Shown piece by piece: positions 54,501 to 64,000 of a DNA stretch of 64,000 nucleotides. The translations under genes and the position numbers were made by a program. The stretch is taken from positions 30,681,436 through 30,745,435 of the forward strand of contig JARFYF010000012.1 in NCBI GenBank assembly GCA_030265395.1. The letters run 5' to 3'. Under the pieces are notes generated by a model, which saw nothing but the letters and a program-made list of their open reading frames with translations, made no database searches and was not told the DNA's origin. This stretch comes from Rhina ancylostomus. Lineage: Eukaryota. Position 1 is the first letter of the stretch, and each line of letters opens with the position of its first letter.

Positions 54501-57500
54501 CTGGGATGGGTGGGACCTTTGACTATGTTGGCTGCTTTACTGAGGCAGCAAGATGTGCAGACAGACTCCATGGAGGGGGAGCTGGTTTCTGTGATGTGCT
54601 GAGCTATGTCCACAACTCTCCACAGTTTCTTGCAGTCATGGGCAGAGCACTTGCCATACAAAGCCATGATGCATCCAGATACAATACTTTCTATGGTGCA
54701 TCGATAACATTTGGTGAGAGTTGAAGGGGATATGGGAAATTATTTTAGCCTCCTAAGGAAGTAGAGGTGCTGGTGAGCTGACTTGGCTGTGGTGTCAATG
54801 TGGTTGGACCAGGACAGACTATTGGTGATGTTCACTCCTGGGAACTTGAAGAATTAACTGGCTTGGCTGCATTGTTACAATCTTGTGAAGTTCCATGGGT
54901 CGTTATCCTAGTACAATTAACCACTCTTGAATTTGAAGGCCTGAGTACTTAATCTCAAATTATATGGCCAAATCATATCGTCAAAAGAATACAAACCTTC
55001 CTTAAAGCAAATGCTCTTTCAGATTTACCAGCTGTTCACATATTCCCATCAGTAAACATTTTATTTTTAAGTCCTTAAATCCAAATTATTTTACTTTATT
55101 TAATATTTCTTAAAACTGTTCCATTTCTTTCTGCTTATCACCCATGGAAATAACGTTCACTTTTTCAATGACTTACCTACCTTAGAATTAGTAAGCCGTG
55201 GCAAATTTTATTGCCCTTCCAACACCCTGCCATTTCCCAGATTCATAATCAAACAATTCTGCCCTTGTGCAACCAAATTTGAAAGAACAATCCACGAAAA
55301 GAATTGTAGCAGTAAATAATTAACTAATCTCACAATCAACATATTTTAATAAACCTAAAGGAATGGTGAAACATCACATGAATATCAAAAACTAGAAGGC
55401 ATACAAGGTGGTTGTAATAATATGAAACATTATGTATTTTGTTTTAATAGACACTTTGTTTTGACCACCTTTAGTTTCTTTTATTATTGCTGAGTCCTGT
55501 AGAACCAGCAAGGTAACTATCAAAAACCACACATTTAATTTTGATTAACGTCAGTGTTTGGAACTGTTGTGTCAAATGATGTCAAAGATAAAAATAGCAC
55601 AGGGGACAAGCTAAGGACCCACTTTATCCTGAGGAAAAAGGTGAACAAGGAATGACACAGAGGTGGAACAGGACTAAAAAATTAAACTTGTTTGCAGTCT
55701 CAGACATTCTGCTGCTTTGTTGGATAGGAGCATTTGTATTAACATTAATGAAGGTAAATGCACACAGCCTTACACTATAATGAAAATTAACTCTGTATTT
55801 ACACTATTACCCCTGCCCGCACCCCAAGAGATGTATCCCCTCTATTTAGGAACATCAGATCTAAGCCAAGTTCAGCTGAAGGTTCTGTTTTACAGATGAG
55901 ACTTTAAAGTGATGCTTTGTGTATGCTGGTGATGCAGAAAATGCCTTGGCATTATTCAAAAAAAATGGGAGGCGATTTAATCTATTGTACTCAAGCAATG
56001 CCACTGAAAACAAGAAATTAATTGGTCATTCATCTCACTGTTGTTTGTAGGATCACATTGTGGCAAATTGGCTTTTGTTTTTGTCTACATTACAATTAAT
56101 TAGCTGTGAAACACATTGGGACATTGTGACTGAAAGTCAAAGACAGTTTGTTCACTCTTTCAAGAGTGTTTGTGCTGCATGTAGAGTGTTTGCGCGCCAG
56201 GCAGCCCAAAGCAATGAGAATTTCTAAATTTTTTCCATTCTCTATTTTTCCCAGTATAGCCTTCACTCATATTGACCAGTTAAAAAGCCTGCCTGCCACC
56301 ACCAACTGGGCTGTAAGTAGACTCAAAATCTGTCTAGTGCTGAGATTTTCACACAAATCAAACACAAAACATCAGCTTTCTTACTATACTACTCAAATGT
56401 GTCATGTTTCATTGTTAAAAGCTTTTAACAGGACAGCTGTTCCTCGTGAACTCAATATATAGGACTACATATATGATGTTCAGTAATTCAGATGAATTAG
56501 GGAACTAAGAGCATTTTGCTACCTTTTTCTGCAACTGACAGCCACATGTCACATTCTGCATTCTAAATTTAAGAAAATAATCAAATTAGCAAGCAGAGTT
56601 AAAACAAGACAGCTGCTCAAACAAGTAACTGTTCATACAACATGTGACCACATGGTCCTGCAGATTAACTAACTGGATCAGCAGGAAAAGATTTATACAG
56701 AGATGTCAATCTGGACTAATAATTTCTGGTCAGACCCAAATATAGAAATACAATGATAAAGATGTGACTCACTCAATTTCACAAGGGCGTTTCTTTTTTC
56801 CCCATGTTCGATGTATCCAAAGTTAACCTCCCAACTTTTCAGACCTTCTTTCTCATCACAGTGTTTGTTTCCACAGCAAAATTGACCTAAAGTTGGAAAA
56901 CATAAAATGAATTTTAGTTAATTCACAAAATCACTGCCACTTGATGATATTCTGAGGCAGTGTTAAATTTTAACAATTCTTGAAGACATAAGATAATCAG
57001 AATTTTACAATTATGTAGAATGCAAGGTTTTAATACAAAACACAACAAAGCAGTAAGTTTGAAGAAGGGCATTTCTCTATAGTTTTAGGTGGGCATGTGA
57101 AATATTCACTGGAAGAATTTATTCTATTTCTCTTTAGAAAATATATTAACAATAATTTCTGTTAAAGAACAAGTGGTTAATGTTAGTTGAGAACACTAAA
57201 TTTACTAAATGTTTGGTTAACTCTCTTCCCATCACTTGCCAATATTATTACTCAAGACTTTATGGTCTATCTGATTTTTGAATAAATTTGGAAAACTGCA
57301 AAAGATTTTATTAAGAACCTTCTTATTGTTCACATCCGAAATCATAGAACATAGGACACTACAGCACGGTACAGGCCCTTCGGCCCACAATGTTGTGCCG
57401 ACATTTTATCCTGCTCTAGGATCTAGCTAACCCTACCCTCCACAAAGGCCTTCAATTCTCTATCATTCATGTGCCTCTTAAATGTCCCTAATGTATCTGC

Positions 57501-60500
57501 TCCCACAACCTCTGCAGGCAGTGTGTTCCACGCACCCACCACTCTCTGTGTAAAAAAACTNNNNNNNNNNNNNNNNNNNNNNNNNNNNNNNNNNNNNNNN
57601 NNNNNNNNNNNNNNNNNNNNNNNNNNNNNNNNNNNNNNNNNNNNNNNNNNNNNNNNNNNNNNNNNNNNNNNNNNNNNNNNNNNNNNNNNNNNNNNNNNNN
57701 NNNNNNNNNNNNNNNNNNNNNNNNNNNNNNNNNNNNNNNNNNNNNNNNNNNNNNNNNNNNNNNNNNNNNNNNNNNNNNNNNNNNNNNNNNNNNNNNNNNN
57801 NNNNNNNNNNNNNNNNNNNNNNNNNNNNNNNNNNNNNNNNNNNNNNNNNNNNNNNNNNNNNNNNNNNNNNNNNNNNNNNNNNNNNNNNNNNNNNNNNNNN
57901 NNNNNNNNNNNNNNNNNNNNNNNNNNNNNNNNNNNNNNNNNNNNNNNNNNNNNNNNNNNNNNNNNNNNNNNNNNNNNNNNNNNNNNNNNNNNNNNNNNNN
58001 NNNNNNNNNNNNNNNNNNNNNNNNNNNNNNNNNNNNNNNNNNNNNNNNNNNNNNNNNNNNNNNNNNNNNNNNNNNNNNNNNNNNNNNNNNNNNNNNNNNN
58101 NNNNNNNNNNNNNNNNNNNNNNNNNNNNNNNNNNNNNNNNNNNNNNNNNNNGAATAATGCAATATACAGGATCATGTAAAATCAAATGTTCTGGACTTGA
58201 AGAACAAAAAATGTGTAAAATGCCTTGAAGTAAACTCATTTCAATGTCCAGTGAGGGTTCTGTTATTTATATAGCTTACAATTGAGTTAACAGTTTCTTT
58301 TTCTTCTGTTGCACCCCGTTTTCCTCCCGAGATCAAGGGCAACTTGTTTCCATTATGGTTTTCTGCTTCTGAGCTGGCTAATGAGGACAATGAAGGAACC
58401 TCAGACTTTTCAACAACTGGGGGAAGAGGTGGCTGAGGAGGCAAGCAAGGGGTAGTTTGTGAAGTAATAGGCTCCCTTCATTGCTTATGCAGAGCTTCTG
58501 TGTGCTTCTGATACACAGCCTCAAATTTTCAAGCACATCCTTGTATCTTTTTCTCTGCCTGCCTCATAATCTCCTGCTATAACATAGCTTGGAATGCTGT
58601 GTCTGGTTTGGGAGTCTGGTGTTGGGCTAGTGAACAACATGGCCTGTTGAACGTCATGGACTAAAATTAACTCGGGCTTCAATGCTGGAGATGTTGACCT
58701 GAGATAGAGAACATAGGTGTTGGTTCAGTTATCCTTCCAGTTAATTTGGAAGATTTTGCAAAGACAGCACTGATAGCACTGATGGTGTTATTCCAGTGCT
58801 TTGAAGTGCCTGTCCAGGTCACTCTGTATTACAATCAGGCAGACTAACAATTTGGCCCACCAAGTCCATGCTAAACATCAAATACCCACTTTTACACTAA
58901 CCCATTTTATACCAGCCCCCCATTCCTAAAAAACACCCTTCAAATTCAACTGTTCATCTACACTAGGTGCAGGCTACAATGACCAATTAACCCATGTCTT
59001 TGGGATGCGGGAGGAATCGGAGCATTTGTAGTGTTTCTCTGCTTCCCTCTTTCAGACTATCAGCCTTTGCAATATTAAGCTATAGACTCAGGCCTAGAAA
59101 TTTGTTCACATAACTCCAAAAAATTCAATGTTGTACAGTGAAAATTGGTTCAACCTGGAGAAGAACAATTTTGAACACAATTCTGGGTGTACTAGAGCCT
59201 GTTAGCAACTTAAGACACCTGACTTTTCAGCCGAGTTTTGTTTGGCCAAGCACAAACTTTCCCAAATTTTGTTAATAACAAACACAAAAATAAATATCCT
59301 TCACTAAGATTTTCAACCTCATTGATCTGATAAAAAGATCTTATTTTCTCAACAAACCATTTTATGAATCATGTTTCCTCTGAAACCATGCAACTTAAAC
59401 AGTGAATACTCAAACTACATTGAGATCTGTGACCTCCTGCAAAGTTAACATGAGTGTGAACTGTTTTGCCAAAGGCATCAATGTCAGACTCAACTTCCTA
59501 GCCTCACGATCATTCTAGTCTGCTGACAGTGATCTCTACAGATCTCACAGCTTGCTGCTCACTGTTGGATTAGTGAGATCAATTAAACTCCATACTTCGG
59601 AAGATAAATTTTTTTTGTGTATAGCCATTTGCCTGCTTTGCAGACTCCATCAAAGTGCATGCATTAATGGGCTGAACTTATGTCCTTACAGAGACCTCCC
59701 TGCTGTAGCCCAGGAGGGTCTTCATGACCCCTTTGACAAAGAATATGCTTCTAGCAGTTTATTCTATTCTCATGGGAGCAGTCTACACCCTCCTCCCATC
59801 GCTGCAATCCTCTCCTAAAACTGGAAGAACTATGTCTTCTTAAAAATTGGCTGCAGAAGATCACACCTGTTGACTAAATGTCAGCTTCAGGGTGGGATGG
59901 GATTAGAGACAAAAATCTGACAATGCTGTTGTGTGAATCTCTTAGGTGAAGTTTTCACTCTTTGTGCAATTTCACAAACAATGTTAATGCTATTTTTGTT
60001 TATTCATTTTTAAAAAATGTTTGTTTCACTAACAGAAACCAACATTTATTGCCTTTGTTCATGGTGGTGGTGAGTCACACTTCCAAACCACCTACAGTCC
60101 TTCTGGGGAATGTACTCCCATGATGCTGCTGGGTAGGTAGTTCCTGGATTTAGATTCCAGCGATAACTAAGGAATGGTGATATATTTTCAGCTCTGGATG
60201 ATGTGCAACTTGGAGGGGAATCAGCAAAAGGTGTTCTTCCTATCTGTCTGTTGCTTTTGTCCCCCTGGGTGGTAGGTCACAGATTTGGGAGGTGACACTA
60301 AACAGTATCTTAATGCTTTTAAAAGACAGTAGCACAATTTCTAGCCCAAACTCTGCAAAGAACAAGAGCAATATTACCCAAACTCACTTCAGTAGGAGTC
60401 TTACAATCAGAAAATAGAACAGACTTCTGTGGCCATGCTATCCACGTGAACTGATTCGGAAATGAAAGGCCATTGACTAATCCATTGCTCCAATCAGTCA

Positions 60501-63277
60501 TAATACTTCTTCTAAATTTTCACCCATTTAGTTTGCTTATGTCCTTCAGGGAAGGAAATCTACATCCTCTACTTGGTCTGCGTCCAGACCTACACTAATT
60601 AACTACCTTCTGAAAAGGCTTAGCAAGCCATTCGGTTCAGCGATAAATTGAGTGGGGCAACAAATATTGGCCCAGTCAACAAGCCCCAAATCCTGTGAAT
60701 AAATAAATTAAATTAGATTTTATTTACAGCATGGTAACAGGCCCTTCCGGCCCAACAAGTCTGCGCCACCCATTTTTAAACCCATATTAACCTACCCCGT
60801 ATGTCTTTGGAATGTGGGAGGAAACCCACGCAGACACGGGAGAACATACNNNNNNNNNNNNNNNNNNNNNNNNNNNNNNNNNNNNNNNNNNNNNNNNNNN
60901 NNNNNNNNNNNNNNNNNNNNNNNNNNNNNNNNNNNNNNNNNNNNNNNNNGACCCGCCCCCGTATGTCTTGGGAATGTGGGAGGAACCCCCCGCCGCCACG
61001 GGAGAACAGACCACCTCCTACAGACAGCGATGGGAATCGACCACCGATCACTGGCACTGTAATAGCATCGTGCGAATGCTATGCTATCGTGCTGCCCCTA
61101 ATTCAAAGATTAAAAACTTTGAAAAAATACCTTTTCCTGAAATTACTTCTTTATCTACTCGCCACCGAAATCCAATCTGTCAGATAAGAAGGTAAGACTA
61201 GTCATATAGTAGAAACTATAGTCAAGGTTATCAAAATAAAATTAATATAGGGAACATCCATTAAAGCAAGTTCCCTCAGAAACACTTGATGACATATATA
61301 CATTCAATCAGCATACCTTATTGTGTTTATATTGGCTCAAATCAGCAATACAATATTCTTTGAATAATTTATCATAGTATTTCTTTGCCAATGCTTTCTC
61401 CCTAAAAGATGAAGAAATCTTGTTTAGATATTCTGAAGGGAAGGTCACCATCTACATTGACATACTTCAATGAAAATTAAAATTTCCTTCAAATCAACAT
61501 CCTTTCTCAAGGTTCCCGATCCAGAACAAGCTAATATCCACCTAGCTACATACTAAGTATTTTCTTCAGGGTGTCAAATCAAGTTCTACCACATCTCTGA
61601 GCTTCTCTTCCTAACTGCTCAAATTATAAATGCAGATCCATATTTCTAGAACTTCCATTATTTGCCAGTCACTGAGGTGAGACACTCAAAGCATACTTAA
61701 CAAATCTTCAAATAAAAGCTGTTTAGAGATTGAGAATCTCAAAATAATGGGTTGGATTGTGTGGATATTTGCTAGCAATTGTGGTTAAAGCTACTGGCAT
61801 TCAGCAGTTTAAACCGAATTCCTAGTAAATTCCAAGAATACTCTGCAAGATCTAAGTATCTGGAACTTACAGGTGAATGCAGGAGGTTGAGTCTGGGAGT
61901 CTGCTTCATTGCTGGATATCCCATAGACTCCAGTGCCCCCAGCATTACTCTGGGAAAATGACCACTCAGGTTGGATGTCAGGTCAAACCTAATTCACTAC
62001 CCAAGACACCAGCAGCTCAGTGGAGAATGCTAATAAAGGGGAAGTTAAGCTAGGTTTTAAAATTATTTTGCTATAGTTTAATGTTTTAAATTATTTTTTA
62101 AATAAATATAACTCACTTTTATAAATCTTTTTACATATTTTTAATAATTAAAAAATTGTTCACTTCAATTATCGTGGATTTTTAATGTCTCTGAATGTCA
62201 GAAACATTTAAAACTATTAAAATTAATAATGATGTTCACAGCTGGCAATACTCCAAACTCAGCTTTGTCATCCATCAGGGATGTTTTAGGATCAGGGCTT
62301 TCACACTACCTAAGGTAATTGACTCTGATGTAGAATACTAGAAAGATATACCCTTTGCATCCACCTAAAGGAAGAGGCATAAACAAGCTATGATTGAACA
62401 ACATGGGTGGGTGGGGGAAGTGGAGGTTATAGCTGAGCTAACATGATCTCTTGGGTCGGTCTTAGATAACAATTTAATGTACCAATGAGGGAAACTCAAT
62501 GCTTTTCAAAGAACAGTTTACAAATCGTGGTTATCAATGTACAGTTTTGCTAGGACCCTTTCACCTGTCAGAGTTGGCATTTGTGCCTTAGGAGCTCGTT
62601 GAACAGTTCCAATGATGGCCAGCAGATTTATGCAACTACCCAAGTGGAAATAGCTTAACCTACAGAACAATATATCAAATCTTACTAAATGATTAAAAAT
62701 TCCAATTTTCCAATTTATATCCCTGGATGCTTTCAAAGTAAACACTTTAATATAATAGTTATTAAATCCATTGCAGCAGTTAACAAAAATCTAAAGACAT
62801 GTAAATAATTATACAAGTTATAATAAATTATAAAAAGATCACTTCAAAGGCTCCAAGAAAATATTGTAACAGAATGAGCTGATATACAATTCAAGAAGAT
62901 AAAATTGTTTCCCCTTGGTACTTCATTCACAAGTTCTGAAGAAGCTTTAGCTAGTAGAAGCAATAAGAATAGCTGTAAATGCTAAAGATTAACACCTAAG
63001 AATTCATTTGTCAGTAGTGCTGAATTCATTATTTAGTGCATTGTACTTTGTCTCTGAAATTTAGTTCCATTTACTTCAATGGAACTGAAATTTGGAGGTA
63101 GAATCATTGTGCAATTGCCATAGACTGTAGATAAGTTTTTAAAAGTCAGAAACTGCCTGTAATTACCAGTTCAAAGAAACTGCCTGTAATTACCAGTTCA
63201 TATCAGCTTCATCATCATCTGTCCATAAGAATCTATGGTTCTCTCTTATCACATCCAGGTCCGTTTTATCATTGACC
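39529..63277 (-). CDS. FRA10AC1: FRA10AC1, spliceosome-associated protein: last 9 coding exons (5' exons outside the window)
   Basis: Nine GT-AG exons splice in frame: NDKTDLDVIRENHRFLW / EKALAKKYYDKLFKEYCIADLS / GFRWRVDKEVISGKGQFCCGNKHC / KSWEVNFGYIEHGEKRNALVKLRVCSECSYKLNYHHR / ... / EDEFDEYFEDMFL-stop. Tail to tail with PDE6C, as in human. Confidence 0.95.
40440..41900 (-). mobile_element. Decayed CR1-like LINE fragments
   Basis: Reverse-oriented CR1 3' tail and RT remnants; spans a 100-N gap. Confidence 0.5.
42526..42604 (-). CDS. FRA10AC1: FRA10AC1 penultimate coding exon (79 nt; 85 nt if the upstream AG is used and the exon starts at 42610)
   Basis: tcag|AA...AG|gtatgc; ENTPNTEDPSEAEYWKGPSQDAEDKTR (conserved WKGP). 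Confidence 0.85.
43288..43320 (+). promoter_or_regulatory. CTCF-like site (upstream module plus core)
   Basis: CTGCACTTTC-N6-TTGCCACCTGGTGG; the minus strand reads CCACCAGGTGGCAA. Confidence 0.55.
43990..44580 (+). repeat. GA-rich low-complexity (polypurine) tract
   Basis: About 600 nt almost entirely A/G on +, in a FRA10AC1 intron. Confidence 0.85.
45402..45452 (-). CDS. FRA10AC1: FRA10AC1 internal exon (51 nt, Ser-rich)
   Basis: gcag|GC...AAA G|gtagct; GKSSTSRTESDGHDSDK; symmetric phase 1-1; poorly conserved region. Confidence 0.7.
46020..48830 (-). mobile_element. Decayed CR1-group LINE fragments on both sides of the FRA10AC1 exon at 48012-48118
   Basis: Minus-strand RT remnant NPVLSSLIFCFINDLPSIIKLEVVMFINNYT at 46307-46651; a second overlapping RT remnant at 48200-48830. 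Confidence 0.55.
48012..48118 (-). CDS. FRA10AC1: FRA10AC1 internal exon (107 nt, Lys/Glu-rich)
   Basis: aaag|G AGG...ACG G|gtaagt; RKEVKAAKRKCKEEHHDAPTEKITKTREKQCSKST; phase-compatible with both neighbours. Confidence 0.85.
48840..49320 (-). mobile_element. Penelope-like element 3' fragment
   Basis: Terminal motif (gaaaatgctggaaacactcagtaggacaggcagcatctgtgga) plus minus-strand IICLGTLQTCKLNIKLCN, resembling the Penelope ORF end. Confidence 0.55.
52230..52390. mobile_element. Penelope-derived palindromic repeat (internally deleted)
   Basis: aaaaataggaaatgctagaaaca ... tgtttctagcatttcctattttt, 23-bp perfect inverted arms. Confidence 0.6.
53330..53660 (+). mobile_element. CR1-like LINE 3' end
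   Basis: gagaagaaatgtcttcactcaaatggtggaaagtctttggaattctctatcccag ... gagggctgaatggtctgttcctgcttcc. Confidence 0.65.
53746..53788 (-). CDS. FRA10AC1: FRA10AC1 internal exon (43 nt)
   Basis: atag|GA...AG|gtaagt; RVCSECSYKLNYHHR. Confidence 0.94.
54091..54852 (-). mobile_element. Rex1/Babar-like LINE, 5'-truncated (same family as 6374-7125)
   Basis: ALYGKCSAHDCKKLWRVVDIAQHITETSSPSMESVCTSCCLSKAANIVKGPTHP; 3' UTR homologous to 6900-7125. Confidence 0.85.
56773..56886 (-). CDS. FRA10AC1: FRA10AC1 internal exon (114 nt)
   Basis: ttag|GT...TTG A|gtgagt; GQFCCGNKHCDEKEGLKSWEVNFGYIEHGEKRNALVKL. Confidence 0.96.
57340..57560 (-). mobile_element. CR1-like LINE 3' end running into a gap
   Basis: FFTQRVVGAWNTLPAEVVGADTLGTFK and a CR1 tail. 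Confidence 0.8.
58450..58815 (-). mobile_element. RTE-clade LINE fragment (decayed)
   Basis: Minus strand CLCKIFQINWKDN*TN..., GHVVH*PNTRLPN and GRQRKRYKD, typical of the RTE RT C-terminus. Confidence 0.6.
60715..61098 (-). mobile_element. V-SINE-like element spanning a 100-N gap
   Basis: Minus strand starts GGGGCAGCACGATAGCATAGC, has a B-box-like GGTCGATTCCC, the V-domain and a CR1-like tail. Confidence 0.75.
61131..61176 (-). CDS. FRA10AC1: FRA10AC1 internal exon (46 nt)
   Basis: acag|ATT...AAA G|gtattt; IGFRWRVDKEVISGK. Confidence 0.95.
61317..61401 (-). CDS. FRA10AC1: FRA10AC1 internal exon (85 nt)
   Basis: ttag|G GAG...AAG|gtatgc; EKALAKKYYDKLFKEYCIADLSQYKHNK. Confidence 0.95.
63194..63277 (-). 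CDS. FRA10AC1: FRA10AC1 internal exon (84 nt)
   Basis: gcag|G GTC...AAC TG|gtaatt on -; VNDKTDLDVIRENHRFLWTDDDEADMNW. Confidence 0.93.
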
Positions 63278-64000
63278 CTGCCAATAAAAATGTTCAATAG
63301 ACTCAGCAATCATGAAGCCTTAAAATCCAAACACAAAACACATTGCAGTCTTAAAAAAATAGTACCAATACAATAAATTAGGCTACAAGTGTTTGATTTG
63401 GATCAGCAAAGTAGAAAAATTATTTAGAATGTGATCAAATTAGAACTTGTTAAGCCGCACAAGTCAAAGGAAACTCTGCAAGATGTCTGGTATTCTGACA
63501 AGTCTTAGATGACCCTGCAGCCAAAACTTTTACACAATTTAGCTCAATGGTAGCACGAACCAGCTTCAGATGCTGAAGTTTACACTTCCATCACCATTCT
63601 CTTTGGATACAAATGAAATATCAGGATTCCCCTAGAACATTTTTCTTCAGTGGACAATAATAGCAAATTGATACCAAGTTGTAGCAACACTACACCTTAC
63701 AGATCTTTTTGGAATGTTTTAATATTTCAGAACTTCTCATAGATGGGCACAATAACATCCCAGTAGTTTCTTAGAAATGTCCTATTACACAGATCATTTG
63801 CAAAGTTATGTCACTAATTATCAAATAAACTGCTGACTTTTTCTGTTTTGATTTTCTGGCAATCCAGTTCTTATCACGACAGACAAATGGACATATATAT
63901 TGGTCAGATGATTTTCATTTTGAGTTCTGTTGTAGCAGAAAAAATCAAACATTAACNNNNNNNNNNGCTGGGAAGGACAGGATATTTACGATGTTAGTCA

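Noticed and set aside
60790-61010. Apparent tandem duplication of the SINE central domain
   Set aside because: The copies sit on either side of a 100-N gap; a scaffolding artefact cannot be separated from a real dimer.

Overview
Vertebrate genomic DNA, most likely from a cartilaginous fish. That assignment is inferred from the repeat content (CR1, Rex1/Babar, Penelope, V-SINE), which is typical of sharks and rays. The window holds two intron-containing genes arranged tail to tail. On +, the cone cGMP phosphodiesterase catalytic subunit PDE6C runs from exon 2 to the stop codon (21 coding exons, 4342-30510); exon 1 lies upstream of the window. On -, the last 9 coding exons of FRA10AC1 run from 63277 down to 39529; its 5' exons lie beyond the window end. 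Both genes splice into uninterrupted frames with GT-AG junctions, and the order matches the known human PDE6C-FRA10AC1 synteny. Most of the remainder is decayed transposable elements and assembly gaps. I see no convincing new multi-gene system. The strongest leads are: (1) a perfect 27-bp tandem duplication that copies a FRA10AC1 splice donor, so the second donor would introduce an in-frame stop; (2) inverted duplications of the 3' end in two Rex-like LINE copies; (3) a long intronic inverted repeat with a 56-bp perfect core; (4) palindromic Penelope-derived elements with degenerate hammerhead-like cores; (5) an unusual CEIF CaaX box on PDE6C; (6) a candidate alternative terminal exon of FRA10AC1; (7) an extended CTCF-like motif. 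Comparisons with human proteins are from memory, not from database searches.
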